Positions 1 through 10,219 of a DNA stretch of 20,000 nucleotides are shown here, piece by piece. A program made the position numbers and the translations under genes. The notes beneath the pieces are model-generated. The model was given only the letters and a program-made list of their open reading frames with translations, did no database searches and had not been told where the DNA came from. This DNA is from Chiloscyllium plagiosum (lineage: Eukaryota). Location: the NCBI RefSeq assembly GCF_004010195.1, contig NC_057749.1, forward strand, positions 21,329,853 through 21,349,852. The letters are read 5' to 3'. Within the stretch, counting starts at the first letter, position 1; every line of letters begins with the position of its first letter.

Positions 1-82
1 CTACAGAGGACAGTGTTTAAACCCAGAAAATATTAGGAATTAGTTACCATGAGATTCAGTGCCTTCAAGCGTTAACTTTTAC

Positions 83-174
83 CTGCAAGGAGTATGGCCA
101 AGATGATGTACTTAATTACAGTCAAGTGGGCTTTGTAGACTGACTTTGCTCTTGAGGCAGACTCAGATACTTTG
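83..174 (-). CDS. SLC28A1: SLC28A1/A2-like concentrative nucleoside transporter, internal coding exon (92 nt)
   Basis: Minus-strand acceptor ttgtcttttccAG and donor GTaaaa. Reads (S)KVSESASRAKSVYKAHLTVIKYIILAILLA(G), in phase with the 3959-4035 exon. Resembles the CNT1/2 segment entering TM1 (from memory, human CNT1 RARSFCREHMQLFRWIGTGLLCTG). Paralog A1 vs A2 is not resolvable here. Confidence 0.8.
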
Positions 175-660
175 CTGGAAAAGACAAACATTTGTTTATT
201 AACCCATTGTTCAGACATGATACGCTGCCATGAGCCAAACTTTCATTCTCTCTATTGAGATTCTTAAACGGATTGTTGTTGTGTCTCTTGGAATCGAGTT
301 GAGGCACCAACAACTACCTGTGGGCAACTTGTCACTTGTGTTAGATTGAGAGGGGTCAACTAGTCATCAGAACTCTGAGTCCAGACAGTGACCTCGTTCC
401 ATCATGACAATTCCCACGTCACACTGTGACTGAGATACAATACTCATTACAAGCTGCAGAAATACTCTTCATGTCGGAATCGATTCGTGAAAGACTGGAG
501 AGGAAGGGAGAGAACAATTGGTGAATGAAAATGAAAATTGGGTAACTTTGCAATGATTGGGGTGAGAGTTGTTAATTTCAAAGTGTGTAAATAATACGGT
601 CAAAGTTGTCTAGAGCTGAAATGTGAAGTGGGAAGTTTCCAATCAGCTACCTGTTATACA

Positions 661-779
661 GGGCGGCATGGTGGCTCAGTGGTGAGCACCGCTGCCTCAC
701 AGCACCAGGGTTTGATTCCAGCCTCGGGTGACTGTCTGTGTGGAGTTTGCACATTCTCCCCGTGTCTGCGTGGGTTTGC
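661..779 (+). mobile_element. HE1-like tRNA-derived SINE, 3'-truncated
   Basis: gggcggcatggtggctcagtgg A box followed by the tgtgtggagtttgcacattctccccgtgtctgcgtgggttt core shared with 6 other copies. Confidence 0.88.
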
Positions 780-857
780 TCTGGTTGTCTCTACTGACCC
801 TTTGTTAAAGCAACATCCTCTGTCTTTGCTCTATAACCTGCATAGCCTTCTGGAAGG

Positions 858-985
858 CAAAAGTGAGGACTGGACATCAGAGTCGAGAGGGTGGCGCTGG
901 AAAAGCACAGCAGGTCAGGCAGCATCCGAGGAGCAGGTGAGTCGATGTTTTGGGCGTAAGCCCTTCATCAGGAATGAAGCTTATT
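858..985 (-). mobile_element. Penelope-like terminus element (family 1) with decayed hammerhead-like motif
   Basis: Minus strand CTGATGA-A-GGGC-ttac-GCCC-AAAACATC. Flanked by the 11-bp direct repeat cttctggaagg (847-857, 986-996). Confidence 0.8.
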
Positions 986-1094
986 CTTCTGGAAGGGCTG
1001 AATTGAACAGGCCGGCCCCACACTGTCAGACAGTGCATTCCAAAACCTAACCTCTTGCTGGGGGGGAAAATGTCCTTATATAGGCAATGCTTCT

Positions 1095-1292
1095 CTTCAT
1101 GCCCTCTTGTTCTTGACCCTCCCATCAATGGGAACAGGTCCTTCCTCCCTACTCCGTACACATTCCATGCGGATTCAAACATCTCCCCTCTCGACCTTCT
1201 CCAAGGGGAACTGTCCCAACTTCTCCAAGCTATCCATGTGACTGAAACCTCACACCTCTGGGTTCATTCATCTCAATCTTTTCTGCACCCTG
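1095..1292 (-). mobile_element. CR1 LINE ORF2 3' fragment, degenerate
   Basis: Similar to the CR1 fragment at 14645-14815 (ccaagg.gaac.gtcccaactt.t). Confidence 0.6.
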
Positions 1293-1302
1293 GCTAATGC
1301 CT

Positions 1303-1836
1303 TGCTCATTCAGTCCTTTAAGCCTGCCCCACCATTCAACATAATCGTGGCTGCTCCTCTATAGCAACACGATATTCCCCCTTTCACCCTAAAAATGTCA
1401 ATTATTGGAAAAGCCCATCTGGCTCGCTACTGCCCTTTAGCACAGGAAATGCTATCTTACCTGGTCTGGCCTACATGTGACTCCAGACCCACAGCAATGT
1501 GGTTGACTCTTAAACTGCCCCTTGGGCAATTAGGGATGGGCAATAAATGCTGGGCCTAGCCGTCAATTCCCTCAGTACATGAATGAATTTTTTAAAAGTA
1601 TCAATCTCTTTCTTGAATATTTTTAGTGACTTGACCTCCACAGACTTGGGCGGGAGAGAATTCCACAGGTTCATTACTCACTGAATGAAGAAATGTTTCC
1701 TCATCTCAGTCCTCAATGGTCTACCCCTTTATCCTGAGTCTGTGTCTCCTGGTTCGACACTCGCCAACAAGAGAAACACCCTCCTTTTGTCGAGTGTGTT
1801 CAGCCCTGTTAGAATTTTATGTGTTTCAATTCGATA
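1303..1836 (-). mobile_element. CR1 LINE 3' end, interrupted by a SINE at about 1395-1597
   Basis: Minus-strand translation of 1598-1836 gives IETHKILTGL...RTEMRKHFFIQ*VMNLWNSLP, the CR1 ORF2 C-terminus. The 3' UTR piece lies at 1303-1390. Confidence 0.8.
1395..1597 (+). mobile_element. tRNA-derived SINE family B, 3' half
   Basis: ctggtctggcctacatgtgactccagacccacagcaatgtggttgactctt core matches the reverse-strand copies at 12422-12776 and 13345-13673. Confidence 0.78.
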
Positions 1837-2171
1837 TACATCACTGTCTCCCCTCCTTTCTATAACATACCACACAGTGGCCACACAGTTTTACAACATA
1901 CCACATACCGACATGGTGGCTCAGTGGTTAGCACTGCTGCCTCACAGTGCCAGGGACCCGGATTGGATTCCAGCCTCTGTGTGGAGTTTGCACGTTCTCC
2001 CCGTGCCTGCGTGGTTTTCCTCCGGGTGCTCTGGTTTCCTCCTACAGTCCAGATTAGGTGAGTTGGCCATGCTAAATTGCCCGTAGTGTTCAGGGATGTG
2101 TAGGTTAGGTGCATTAGTCTGGTGTAAATGTAAAGTAGTAGGGGAATGGGTCTGGGTGGGTTACTCTTCGG

Positions 2172-2304
2172 CTGTATTCCTGATGAAGGGCTTTTGCCCG
2201 AAACGTCGATTTTACTTTTCTCAGATGCTGCCTGAACTGCTGTGCTCTTCCAGCACCATTAATCCAGAATCTGGTTTCCAGCATCTGCAGTCATTGTTTT
2301 TATC
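2172..2304 (+). mobile_element. Penelope-like terminus element (family 1) nested in HE1
   Basis: Hammerhead-like motif plus gatgctgcctgaactgctgtgc...ccagcatctgcagtc tail. tactcttc(g/a)g is duplicated at 2162-2171 and 2305-2314. Confidence 0.85.
2176..2211 (+). ncRNA. Minimal type I hammerhead ribozyme-like motif (intact core)
   Basis: CTGATGA(2180)-A-GGGC-tttt-GCCC-GAAA-CG-TC(2207). Palindromic ACGT stands in place of stem III; stem I is short. Confidence 0.65.
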
Positions 2305-2519
2305 TACTCTTCAGAGAGTCAGTGTGGATTTGTTGGGCTGAAGGGCCTCTTTCCCCACTGTAGGAATTCTATCCTTTCTGTACAGAGGGGAATTCAAACA
2401 TTACAGCGGGTATCCCTATAATTCTACTCTCATTTCCCTCAGTAACCTGCATCATAAGTACAGACAGAATCTTTAAAATGCCTTCAATAATTCTAAACTC
2501 TTCCAGTTATGTGAACCAC

Positions 2520-2730
2520 CTCCTCATTCACAATGACCTGGGTAGCATTTTCTCTTTGGTGAAGACAGATGAAAGGCACAAATTTAAACCCTCAGTTGAG
2601 CTCCCTACTTCCATCTGTAAGTTCCCGTTTTGATCCCTGATTAGGCCCACTGCCCCTTTTCCTTTTTCCCATTTGATTGCCAATGAAAGACTTTTGGATT
2701 CCATTTGATGTCAGCTGTCAGTGACTGCGC
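2520..2730 (-). mobile_element. CR1 LINE ORF2 internal fragment
   Basis: Minus strand reads VGLIRDQNGNLQMEVGSSTEGLNLCLSSVFTKE, matching the CR1 'LN.YF.SVFT.E' region. Confidence 0.65.
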
Positions 2731-2794
2731 ATCCTCTGTAGCACAGCCAATTGTAGGGCAAAGATTCATCTACTCTGTTCCTTCACAGTGCCAG

Positions 2795-2968
2795 AAGACC
2801 ATGAGACACTGGAGCAGAGGTTAGGCCATTCGGCCCATCGAGTTTGCTCCATCACTCAGTCATGGCGGATAGGTTTTTCAACCCCATTTTCCCACTTTCT
2901 TTCCATAACCTTCGGCCCCCTTGGCAATCAAGAACATATCTTTCTCTGTTTTGAATATACTCAATGGT
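2795..2968 (-). mobile_element. CR1 LINE 3' tail
   Basis: ggagcagaggttaggccattcggcccatcgag tail motif, shared with the 11975-12400 and 14420-14640 fragments. Confidence 0.7.
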
Positions 2969-3784
2969 CACTATCACAGGAGTGCCTCCTAATGTTCAGG
3001 AGCAAATTCTGTCACCTCCAGTATCCCTGAACCTCTCCATAAGCTTGCTGATTAGATTGGAAGCATGAGGTGACAGGGTTAAGATGACTGTCTGTGGAAT
3101 GAAGCATTACTGGCTCTCTGTCAATGATCACACCAATTTCCATTACAAAAGGAAAGGGTACTGATTGGTTTGGCAATTTGACTCTGATTGGCTGAGGCGT
3201 TGTCATGGAGGAACCATCAGGAACTGTATGTTCCCCACCCTCCCAAGTAATTCAAAAAAGGTGCAATTCTTGAGCAAATATTGTTTGATTGCAAGGAACA
3301 GGTTCCTGTGTACAATGAAGAGCTGCTTCTAGCAAATTTAATTGAGCCACGTTTTGAGCTTGACTGGTGATCTTACATGGGCCATTAGCAATACGAAGGA
3401 GAGAAATCATGTCTGACCTTGGACATTTTACATTGGGGTTTGCAAACAGGATCTTCTAAAAGAACAAAGAATGCATAGTGCAGATTCATCTGAATGACAC
3501 CAAAGCAGAAGGCATTAAATTATACAGCGTAAGCCTGACCTGTATTCTTGGGGACTTACAAGGTTGGAGCGATGATCTGTCATTTCAAATAATTAATCGA
3601 TTTGTCAGGCTAGACATAAAAGAACTGTCCCTTCGGGGTGGGGACTGGTGTGGTTTGGGGCCTGGACTATAGAGTGAGATGATGTAATCTTAAGATTGGA
3701 TCTGGGCAGGCGAGAATGAAATGAAAAGGTGTGTCTGAGCACCTGAAGGCCCATGGGTAACAGGACACAGACTGGTGAGGCTGT

Positions 3785-3892
3785 GCAGAGATATGGAGCA
3801 AGGGCAGCAACTGGGGTCAAAGGGCAGATCAACCATAGTCTTGTTGAATAGATTCAGTTCGAGGGACGGAATGGCCTCCTGTTGCTATTATT
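3785..3892 (+). mobile_element. CR1 LINE 3' tail, degenerate
   Basis: cagatcaaccatagtcttgttgaat...tcgaggg.cggaatggcctcctg is the forward form of the CR1 tail. Confidence 0.55.
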
Positions 3893-3958
3893 CAGAACCT
3901 CCCCCCGCCCCCGGCATCAAACAGGTAAACTGCTACGTTAATTAAATAAACTACTTAC

Positions 3959-4035
3959 CTCAGAAATTTGGAATTCCTCTTGCCTGCATGTGTTTCAGGC
4001 TTTGGGTCATCTGGAGGTTTGGAAGATACATCTTC
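3959..4035 (-). CDS. SLC28A1: SLC28A1/A2-like coding exon (77 nt)
   Basis: Acceptor cccttccttctttAG and donor GTaagt. Open frame EDVSSKPPDDPKPETHAGKRNSKFL plus AG, which joins the leading C of exon 83-174 to make Ser. Confidence 0.78.
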
Positions 4036-4132
4036 CTAAAGAAGGAAGGGACATGTTTAACAAAATCTGAAGGTTTTAACAATCTGACTGAAGTGGATAG
4101 AAGAATACGTGAAGGGTCAGAAGAGTACTCGC

Positions 4133-4204
4133 CTCTAGTTCAAATGCTGCATTTTCTCTGGCGTAATCCTGTTTCTTTTCAGAATGATTATTTTCGTCGT
4201 TCAT
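4133..4204 (-). CDS. SLC28A1: SLC28A1/A2-like ATG-containing exon (exon spans 4133-4214)
   Basis: Acceptor ctctttacttgtgccctgcgcAG at 4216-4215. aaaATG at 4204 gives MNDENNHSEKKQDYARENAAFELE; ENAAFE resembles the N-terminal ENxxF motif of CNTs. Donor is GAG|GCgagt, phase 0. Confidence 0.72.
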
Positions 4205-4429
4205 TTTTAAGATTCTGCGCAGGGCACAAGTAAAGAGAAGAAATAATAAAGTTTAAACAACTTCCACGTCAAAAGTGAGAGACAGAAGCATTTAAGCAAG
4301 TGGAAAACTGATCGAACGCATCCCTCTAAACCAACAAATCAACCACGGTAGACCAAAAGTTGCAAAATCGTTTGTTTAGTTCCGCCATCACTGACTGAAT
4401 TAAATCAAAAGTGCGCAGAAACATGATGA

Positions 4430-4545
4430 GGCATACAGTATCTCAGGTTTTATTTATAGGGGGATAGAATATTTGAGTCAGAAGGCTACGTTGAACTGTG
4501 TAAGACACCATTTCAGCCGCAGTTGGAATATTATACAATTTTTTC
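4430..4545 (+). mobile_element. CR1 LINE RT-region fragment
   Basis: GFIYRGIEYLSQKATLN, then after a frameshift PQLEYYTIF, matching CR1 'RGIEYKS...RPQLEYCVQFW'. Confidence 0.65.
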
Positions 4546-4554
4546 CAATGCAAA

Positions 4555-4765
4555 TCAATATAGCACAGGAACAGGCCTTTCGGGCCCACTAAGCCTGTGT
4601 TGATTCTAATCCTTACTCAGACCTGCCACTTATTGCACAGGCATGGTTTCTATTCTTTTGTCCGTCCACCGTTCATGTGTCTATCAAGATATACCTTAAA
4701 CATTGCTTCCACCACCTCCAATGGCCGTGCATTCCAGGTACCCACCACCCTCTGGGTGAAACAAA
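4555..4765 (-). mobile_element. CR1 LINE 3' end
   Basis: Tail gcacaggaacaggcctttcgggccc, and minus-strand TQRVVGTWNARPLEVVEA, the CR1 C-terminus. Confidence 0.72.
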
Positions 4766-5265
4766 ATGGTGGTGGATTGTGGTGACAGAGCACTCTTCAC
4801 TGAACCCCCCACCCCACCACCAAGATATACGAGACAATATGTGACATTCATGATTTAAAGCAAACAAGGTCAGAAGTCAGACGACACCAGGTTAGAGTCC
4901 GACAGGTTTATTTGAAATCACAAGCTTTCGGGGCGCTTCACTGGGTGAAGTGAGAGTGAAGCACACAGGTATGGAATTTATAAGCAGAGAGATCAAAAGA
5001 TCATACAAATGGTCTGAGTGAGATGTTGATAGGCTGAATAATAAGTCTCTGCAGGCGATCAAAAATGTCAGATGGTGTGAGTAAAGTGTCAACAGCTGAA
5101 TAGCGAGTGAAGGGATGACCTATTAATGAAGGCAGAGGGATAGTTACAAAAAATTTAAAATCTACCTGATTTTTAATCTATTGTAATTATCTCTCTGCCT
5201 CAATTAATCAGATCATAGATCATTCTTTCACTTGTTATTCCGCTGTTGACATTTTATTCATACCT

Positions 5266-5575
5266 GGGTGGCACGGTGACACAGTGGTTAGCACTGCTGC
5301 CTCACAGCGTCAGAGATCCGCGTTCAATTCCCGCCTCAGGTAACTGTCTGTGTGGAGTTTGCACATTCTCCCCGTGGGTTTCCTCCGCGTGCTCCGGTTT
5401 CCTCCCACAGTCCAAAAAATGTGCAGGTTAGGTGAATTGGCCATGTTAAATTGCCCATAGTGTTAGGTGAAGGGATAAATGTAGGGGAATCTGTCTGGGT
5501 GGGTTGCTTTTCAGAGGGTCGGTGTGGACTGGTTGGGCCAAAGGGCCTGTTTCCACACTGTAAGTAATCTAATCT
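5266..5575 (+). mobile_element. HE1-like SINE, full length
   Basis: A and B boxes, core, and tail gggcctgtttccacactgtaagtaatctaatct. Confidence 0.92.
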
Positions 5576-5644
5576 TAAAAAAAATTGTATGATCTTTTGA
5601 TCTCTCCACCTACAAACTCCGTGCCTGTGTGTTTCTCTCTTGCT

Positions 5645-5681
5645 TCACCTGATGAAGGAGCAGCGCTCTGAAAGCTTGTGA
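5645..5681 (+). ncRNA. Minimal hammerhead ribozyme-like motif (family 2)
   Basis: tcac-CTGATGA-A-GGAGC-agc-GCTCT-GAAA-GC-TT-gtga: 4-bp stem I (tcac/gtga), 5-bp stem II, palindromic AGCT. Confidence 0.65.
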
Positions 5682-5794
5682 TTTCAAATAAACCTGTCAG
5701 ACTATAACCTGGTATTGTGTGGCTTCTGATCTTGCCCACTCCAGTCCAACACTGGCACCTCCAGATCATTTCAGCAATTATGCATTCCTTGAAG

Positions 5795-6855
5795 GTCTCT
5801 TCGTCCTTTCTCGTTACACAATATTAGATCTAAAACAGCATATCCTCTAGTTGGCTGTTCAACATACTGTCCCAGAAAACCAACCCAAATACACCCCAGA
5901 AACTCACCCTTCAAACTTGCAGTGTTCCACTGGTTTACCCAGTCTATATGCAGATTGAAGTCACCCATGATAACTGTGTTGCCCAGGCAACATGATTCTC
6001 TTATCTCCTGATTATTACCATACCCCACATTGCTACTACAGGTTGGAGGCTTATAAGTAACTCCAGCCAATGTCTGCTGCCCCATGCTGATTTTTATCTC
6101 TCCCCAAAACAACTCCACACATTCAAACAAAAATAACAATGGACTGCAGATGCTGAAAATCAGAAAGCAAAATTGCTGGGAAAATTCATCAGGTCTGGCA
6201 GCATCTGTGGAGAGAAATCAGAGTTAAGGCCCAGTGACCCTTCTTCAGAACCTGAGGAAGATGAAGGACCCGAAAGGTTAACTCTGATTTCTCTTCAAAG
6301 CTGCGACCAGACCTGATGAGTTTTTCCAGCAACTTCCTTTTTTTGTTTCAGATTCCACATATTGTTTTTCCAAACGGAAATCCTCCCTTACTAATATACT
6401 GATTATCAGCACAAATCCACCTTCTTTACTTTCTGAGCTGTCCTTCCTAAACATCAAATTTTCCTTTCAGTTCCCAGTCCTGGTCACCCTGCAACCATGT
6501 TTCTGTAATGGCAATTAGATTATCCCATGTTCCTCCATCTGCGCCTTTAGGTTATTTACCTTATTGTGAATGCTGAGTGCATTCAGAAAGAGTGCTCTTA
6601 ATTTTTGAACATTATTCCACTGTATAATTGCTGCTTTATTTTGTTTCTCCCATCTCATAATCTCCCTCGTCGTTATTCTGCTTCCTGTGACCAGCTTACC
6701 TCACTTCTTGATGGGTCATCCCTCAGATTCCCAGTTCTCCTTTGAACTGGTTTAAAACCACCCCCAATGGCAGTTACCACTTTCCCTGCCAGACTATCAG
6801 CCTCAGCATGGTATCCCTTTAAGAACAGCTGATTGGGCAAATGGAGATACCTGGC
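5795..6855 (-). mobile_element. CR1 LINE fragment: probable ORF1 end and ORF2 APE endonuclease, interrupted at about 6124-6350
   Basis: VIMGDFNLHIDW...QYVEQPTRGYAVLDLILCNE (ORF 5771..6139). ORF2 start ALFLNALSIHNKV at about 6560-6597. An ORF1-end-like stretch lies at 6745-6855. Confidence 0.85.
6124..6352. mobile_element. Foldback Penelope-like element (family 3) nested in CR1
   Basis: Inverted arms gctgggaaaattcatcaggtctgg...gagaaatcagagttaa / ttaactctgatttctc...ccagacctgatgagtttttccagc. Damaged CTGA(A/G)GA...GACCC-GAAA motifs meet at the centre. Imperfect flanking duplication tccaca(c/t)att. Confidence 0.78.
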
Positions 6856-7162
6856 AACCAATGGTGAACTCTTCCCATTCATTCTCAAACATTTCAAAGT
6901 GGCTTTTAAAAATGTTGTGGGGATCTCATTCGCATTTGGAACCGGCCTCCTCCCTGAATCAGGTGGGTGTAACGTTTGGTGGTTTTGGGATATGATGGAA
7001 AATTACTTCGATTCATGACTTGACAACTCTGCCTTCAAGGGATGACGAAGCCCCCTTTGCAATGTTCAACCATCTCAGCATCTTTACCTCTATCAGATTA
7101 AAGAATGTTTCCTCCTCCAATTTATAAACACTGCACTATCCCCTCTCACTACGGCAGTATTT

Positions 7163-7372
7163 AGGTGATGATTAGCTCAATTGGTTGGCTGTAACATTAA
7201 CAGCGTGGGTTCAGTTCCCATCACCAGCTGGGGTTACCATGAAGGATTCTTCTTCGCAACCTCTCCCCTCGCCTGAGGTGTGGGTGACCCTCAGGTTAAA
7301 TCACCACCTGTCGTCTCTCTGTCCAGTGCGAGGGCAGTGCTATGGTTTGGTAAGACAATGATGACTTAGCTA
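7163..7372 (+). mobile_element. tRNA-derived SINE family C, degenerate
   Basis: A-box-like tagctcaattgg and B-box-like ggttcagttccc, followed by the body cctgaggtgtgggtgaccctcaggttaaatcaccac. Confidence 0.6.
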
Positions 7373-7794
7373 CAGCAGTGTACTCAGACTGATGTTATGT
7401 GGGTTAACATTGTTTCATGATATTGTCTGCCAGAATGGGAGCACATCTTGCATTTCCTCTTTTGGGGTGTGGCCTCGCTATGTGGGATGAAGTTGGTGGT
7501 GAGAAAGTCTATAGCCTTAAAACTTATTGTTAAGCATTTTGACTAAAATGTAATGTTGAATTATAGAACACATTTGCTGCACACTAGAAAATAGACAGGC
7601 AGGGAGGCTCAGAAAAAAAGAGGGGTAATCCAAGTTATGCAGACAATAGAAACATCTGTTCTCACCAATTAATATAGGATGCTCTAAGGCAATTAAGGAC
7701 ATTTGTCTTAGCATCAGTGAATCTGTGTAAACAGGATACCAAGTGATAACATTCACAACTGTTCCTTTATAGAATTAATGACAGTGTTTGATTC

Positions 7795-8965
7795 CACCAT
7801 CATTAAGCGTGGGGACACCCCCCACCATGCACATGGCAGGGACTCATGTGACACAGCCAACGTTATCTATCTCATACATTGCAGGCAAGGATGCCCTGAG
7901 GCATAGTACATTGGCAAGACCAAGCAGGGGCTATGGCAACAGATGAATGGGCACCGCACAACAATCACCAGACAGGAGTGTTCCCTCCCAGTCGGACAAC
8001 ACTTCAGCAGTCCGGGACATTCAACCTAGGACCTATGGGTGACCGTCCTCCAAGGCAGACTTCAGGACAGACAACAACGAAAATGGCCGAGCAGAGGCTG
8101 ATAACCAAATTCGGTACACATGGGGATGGCTCAACCGGGACCTTAGGTTCATGTAACACTACAGGTGACTCCATTGCACTAAACACTCACAGAGATCAAC
8201 ACATACACACAAACAGACATAGACACACAGACGCCCCTACACACACACAAACACTCCTACACACATATAGACATTCTTACACACACACACACTCACACCT
8301 ACAGGTACACACACTGTCCTACAGACCCATACACTCACGCAGACCCTCTCTCATACGTTCACACAAATACTCCCACACTCACACATGCACCCTCTCGCAC
8401 ACTTTTAGCCCTTTACACTCACGCTCACACACATACACACACTCTCATGCACACATACACATATAAGTTTGTGGGGTGAATTCGTACTTGCAGAATTACA
8501 TTTTATTTTGCTCAAAAACTGCATGAATCCATGTAAGATTCTGTAAATCCGTTATTTAGATAAGAATCAGTCTGACCATTGTGACACAGACAGTCTCACA
8601 CAGGGTAGCTCACACCTTAAATACATTATCTAGGCCGACATGACACCAATTGTTAAAGTTCATCTGAGGATGTAACTTTTAAAAAAGTTCTGCGGTTTAC
8701 ATATGAAAGAACTGAAACCAATATGTTCGTTCTAAAAGAGACTTAAACAATCCAGGTCTTTTTCAATATATAATTTTGGTTACATCACATTGTAAACTTT
8801 TCCTATAAATTCTGTCTCTTATGATCTTATACTCCACCATCACTTGATGAAGGAGCGATGCTCAAAAGCTAGTGCTTCCAATTAAACCTGTTGGACTAAG
8901 ACCAGGTTGTTTGTGTGATTTTTAACTTTGTACACCCCAGTCCAACACCGGCATCTCGAAATCGT
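7795..8965 (+). mobile_element. Penelope-like retroelement 3' portion: pseudogenised GIY-YIG endonuclease, CA-rich tract and terminal region
   Basis: SCDTANVIYLIHCRQGCPEA*YIGKTKQ...MNGHR...PVGQHFS..GH...AEQRLITKFGT..DG/LNRD at 7835-8168, with stops and frameshifts. Decayed hammerhead-like motif cac-TTGATGA-A-GGAGCgatGCTC-AAAA-GCTA-gtg at about 8841-8874. Confidence 0.9.
8182..8462 (+). repeat. Degenerate (CA)n low-complexity tract within the PLE 3' region
   Basis: Interrupted CA/AC dinucleotide runs, which explain the His/Thr-rich part of ORF 7933..8466. Confidence 0.9.
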
Positions 8966-9136
8966 GTTTGATTCTGACCTTGAAATGAAACTTAGTACTA
9001 TCAAAAGCCTTGTAATTAATGGTCAGGTCTTATCAATTATAATGGATTCTTATTACCCCTTGCAAGCTCAGCAGGCACTTCGGCAAAAACATCTTTTCTG
9101 TTATAAGTCCCTGCCTTAATAGTTCAATAGAACGCT

Positions 9137-9158
9137 AGAGAGAGAGAGAGAGAGAGAG
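9137..9158 (+). repeat. (AG)11 microsatellite
   Basis: Perfect AG repeat. Confidence 0.95.
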
Positions 9159-10219
9159 AATTTCAGTGCTGAGACAGACAAAGCCAGTAGAAAATTAACT
9201 CTTTGTGCTTACTTGTTATGGATTGAATTTAATTGCATTTTTGAGACTTTATGATGATTTTGAGTAGCCATTACTGGTTATGAAATGCAAACTCTGTAAA
9301 AGGGAATATTGATGAAGCTTTAACTTACTTGCTGTTATTGCAGACCACTCTACAGACCTTGCAGACTGCCCCACTGTCAATTCTAACTAACCAGATCTTA
9401 TGTCTTACTTGAATTTGAATCACAACCCTGAAAAGAAAGCATGTTTTATTCGAACACTAATGAATCGGTTTAAATGCAACCTTACAGTAACATCTCAGCC
9501 TCGGGTACAGAATGATTCTGTGTTTAACATGAAAAGCAGGAGTCTACACCTAACTTAAAAATTATTCTAAACCTAACATTGAAGAGATTCTGACACAATC
9601 TGTTAGGAAGCCATTTTATGGTGAAAAGTTTGCCCTCCTTGCTAAGAAGCCATTTTGTAAAACAATTGTAGCAGACATGCGAGTTGTGCAAGGTTACCTG
9701 ATAACATCTCCCACTTAGTTTAGACCAGTACTTCTCTATGTAGGAACTTATCTGGCCACAGACGCCTAACTTGGCTGGATTTGTTTTTCCCACCTGATGG
9801 ATAGCTCAAGGCTTGTAGGAGTGATCAGTCAAGCTCACATAGATCTGTCAATTAACTTCTCTCCCTTTTGAATTATTGTCTTTCATTGTTATCTGTTTAA
9901 TTAAGAACATGCAGTTTTTTTTGTATAAGGGAAGTCTGTTTGTGACAGTAGGACAGAGTAGCCTGTGAGAGCTCTTAAAGGAAGAGGGATATCCTACTCT
10001 CCTGGGCTATTAGAACCTAGTTAGTTTAGCTTATGGTATCAGTGTTATGTTATAATAGTGACGCTATGGGTAAATAAAGGAGATGACTAAAATTAAACTA
10101 AACTGTCTATAAGAAGTTTTTATGCCAGACTACCAAAGAGTATAATCTCCGGGATGAACCAAGAGAGGCTTACAGGTTGAGTCCACAAGGATTCCCTGGG
10201 CCATCTCAAATCTGTACTT

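Larger units (their letters stand above)
1909..2372 (+). mobile_element. HE1-like SINE, near full length, interrupted by a PLE-derived insert
   Basis: A box, core and tail (gttgggctgaagggcctctttccccactgtag) are all present. The SINE sequence resumes after 2304. Confidence 0.9.
4865..5770. mobile_element. Foldback Penelope-like element (family 2): inverted arms about 4865-5155 and 5170-5770, right arm interrupted by HE1
   Basis: Arms are reverse complements, e.g. gacaggtttatttgaaatcacaagctttc / gaaagcttgtgatttcaaataaacctgtc. The terminus resembles the 3' end of the GIY-YIG element at 8840-8965. Confidence 0.82.

Noticed and set aside
122..313. 63-aa ORF overlapping the exon at 83-174
   Set aside because: It is in a different frame from the splice-supported exon and is mostly intronic.
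1861..1908. Short local duplication (aacataccaca twice) before an HE1 copy
   Set aside because: Both copies are on the same side of the SINE, so it is not a TSD; likely slippage.
3075..3400. Possible unclassified interspersed repeat
   Set aside because: No second copy, termini or TSD were identifiable in the window.
7933..8466. 177-aa His/Thr-rich ORF as a novel protein
   Set aside because: It is a mostly off-frame read of the dead GIY-YIG region running into a CA tract.
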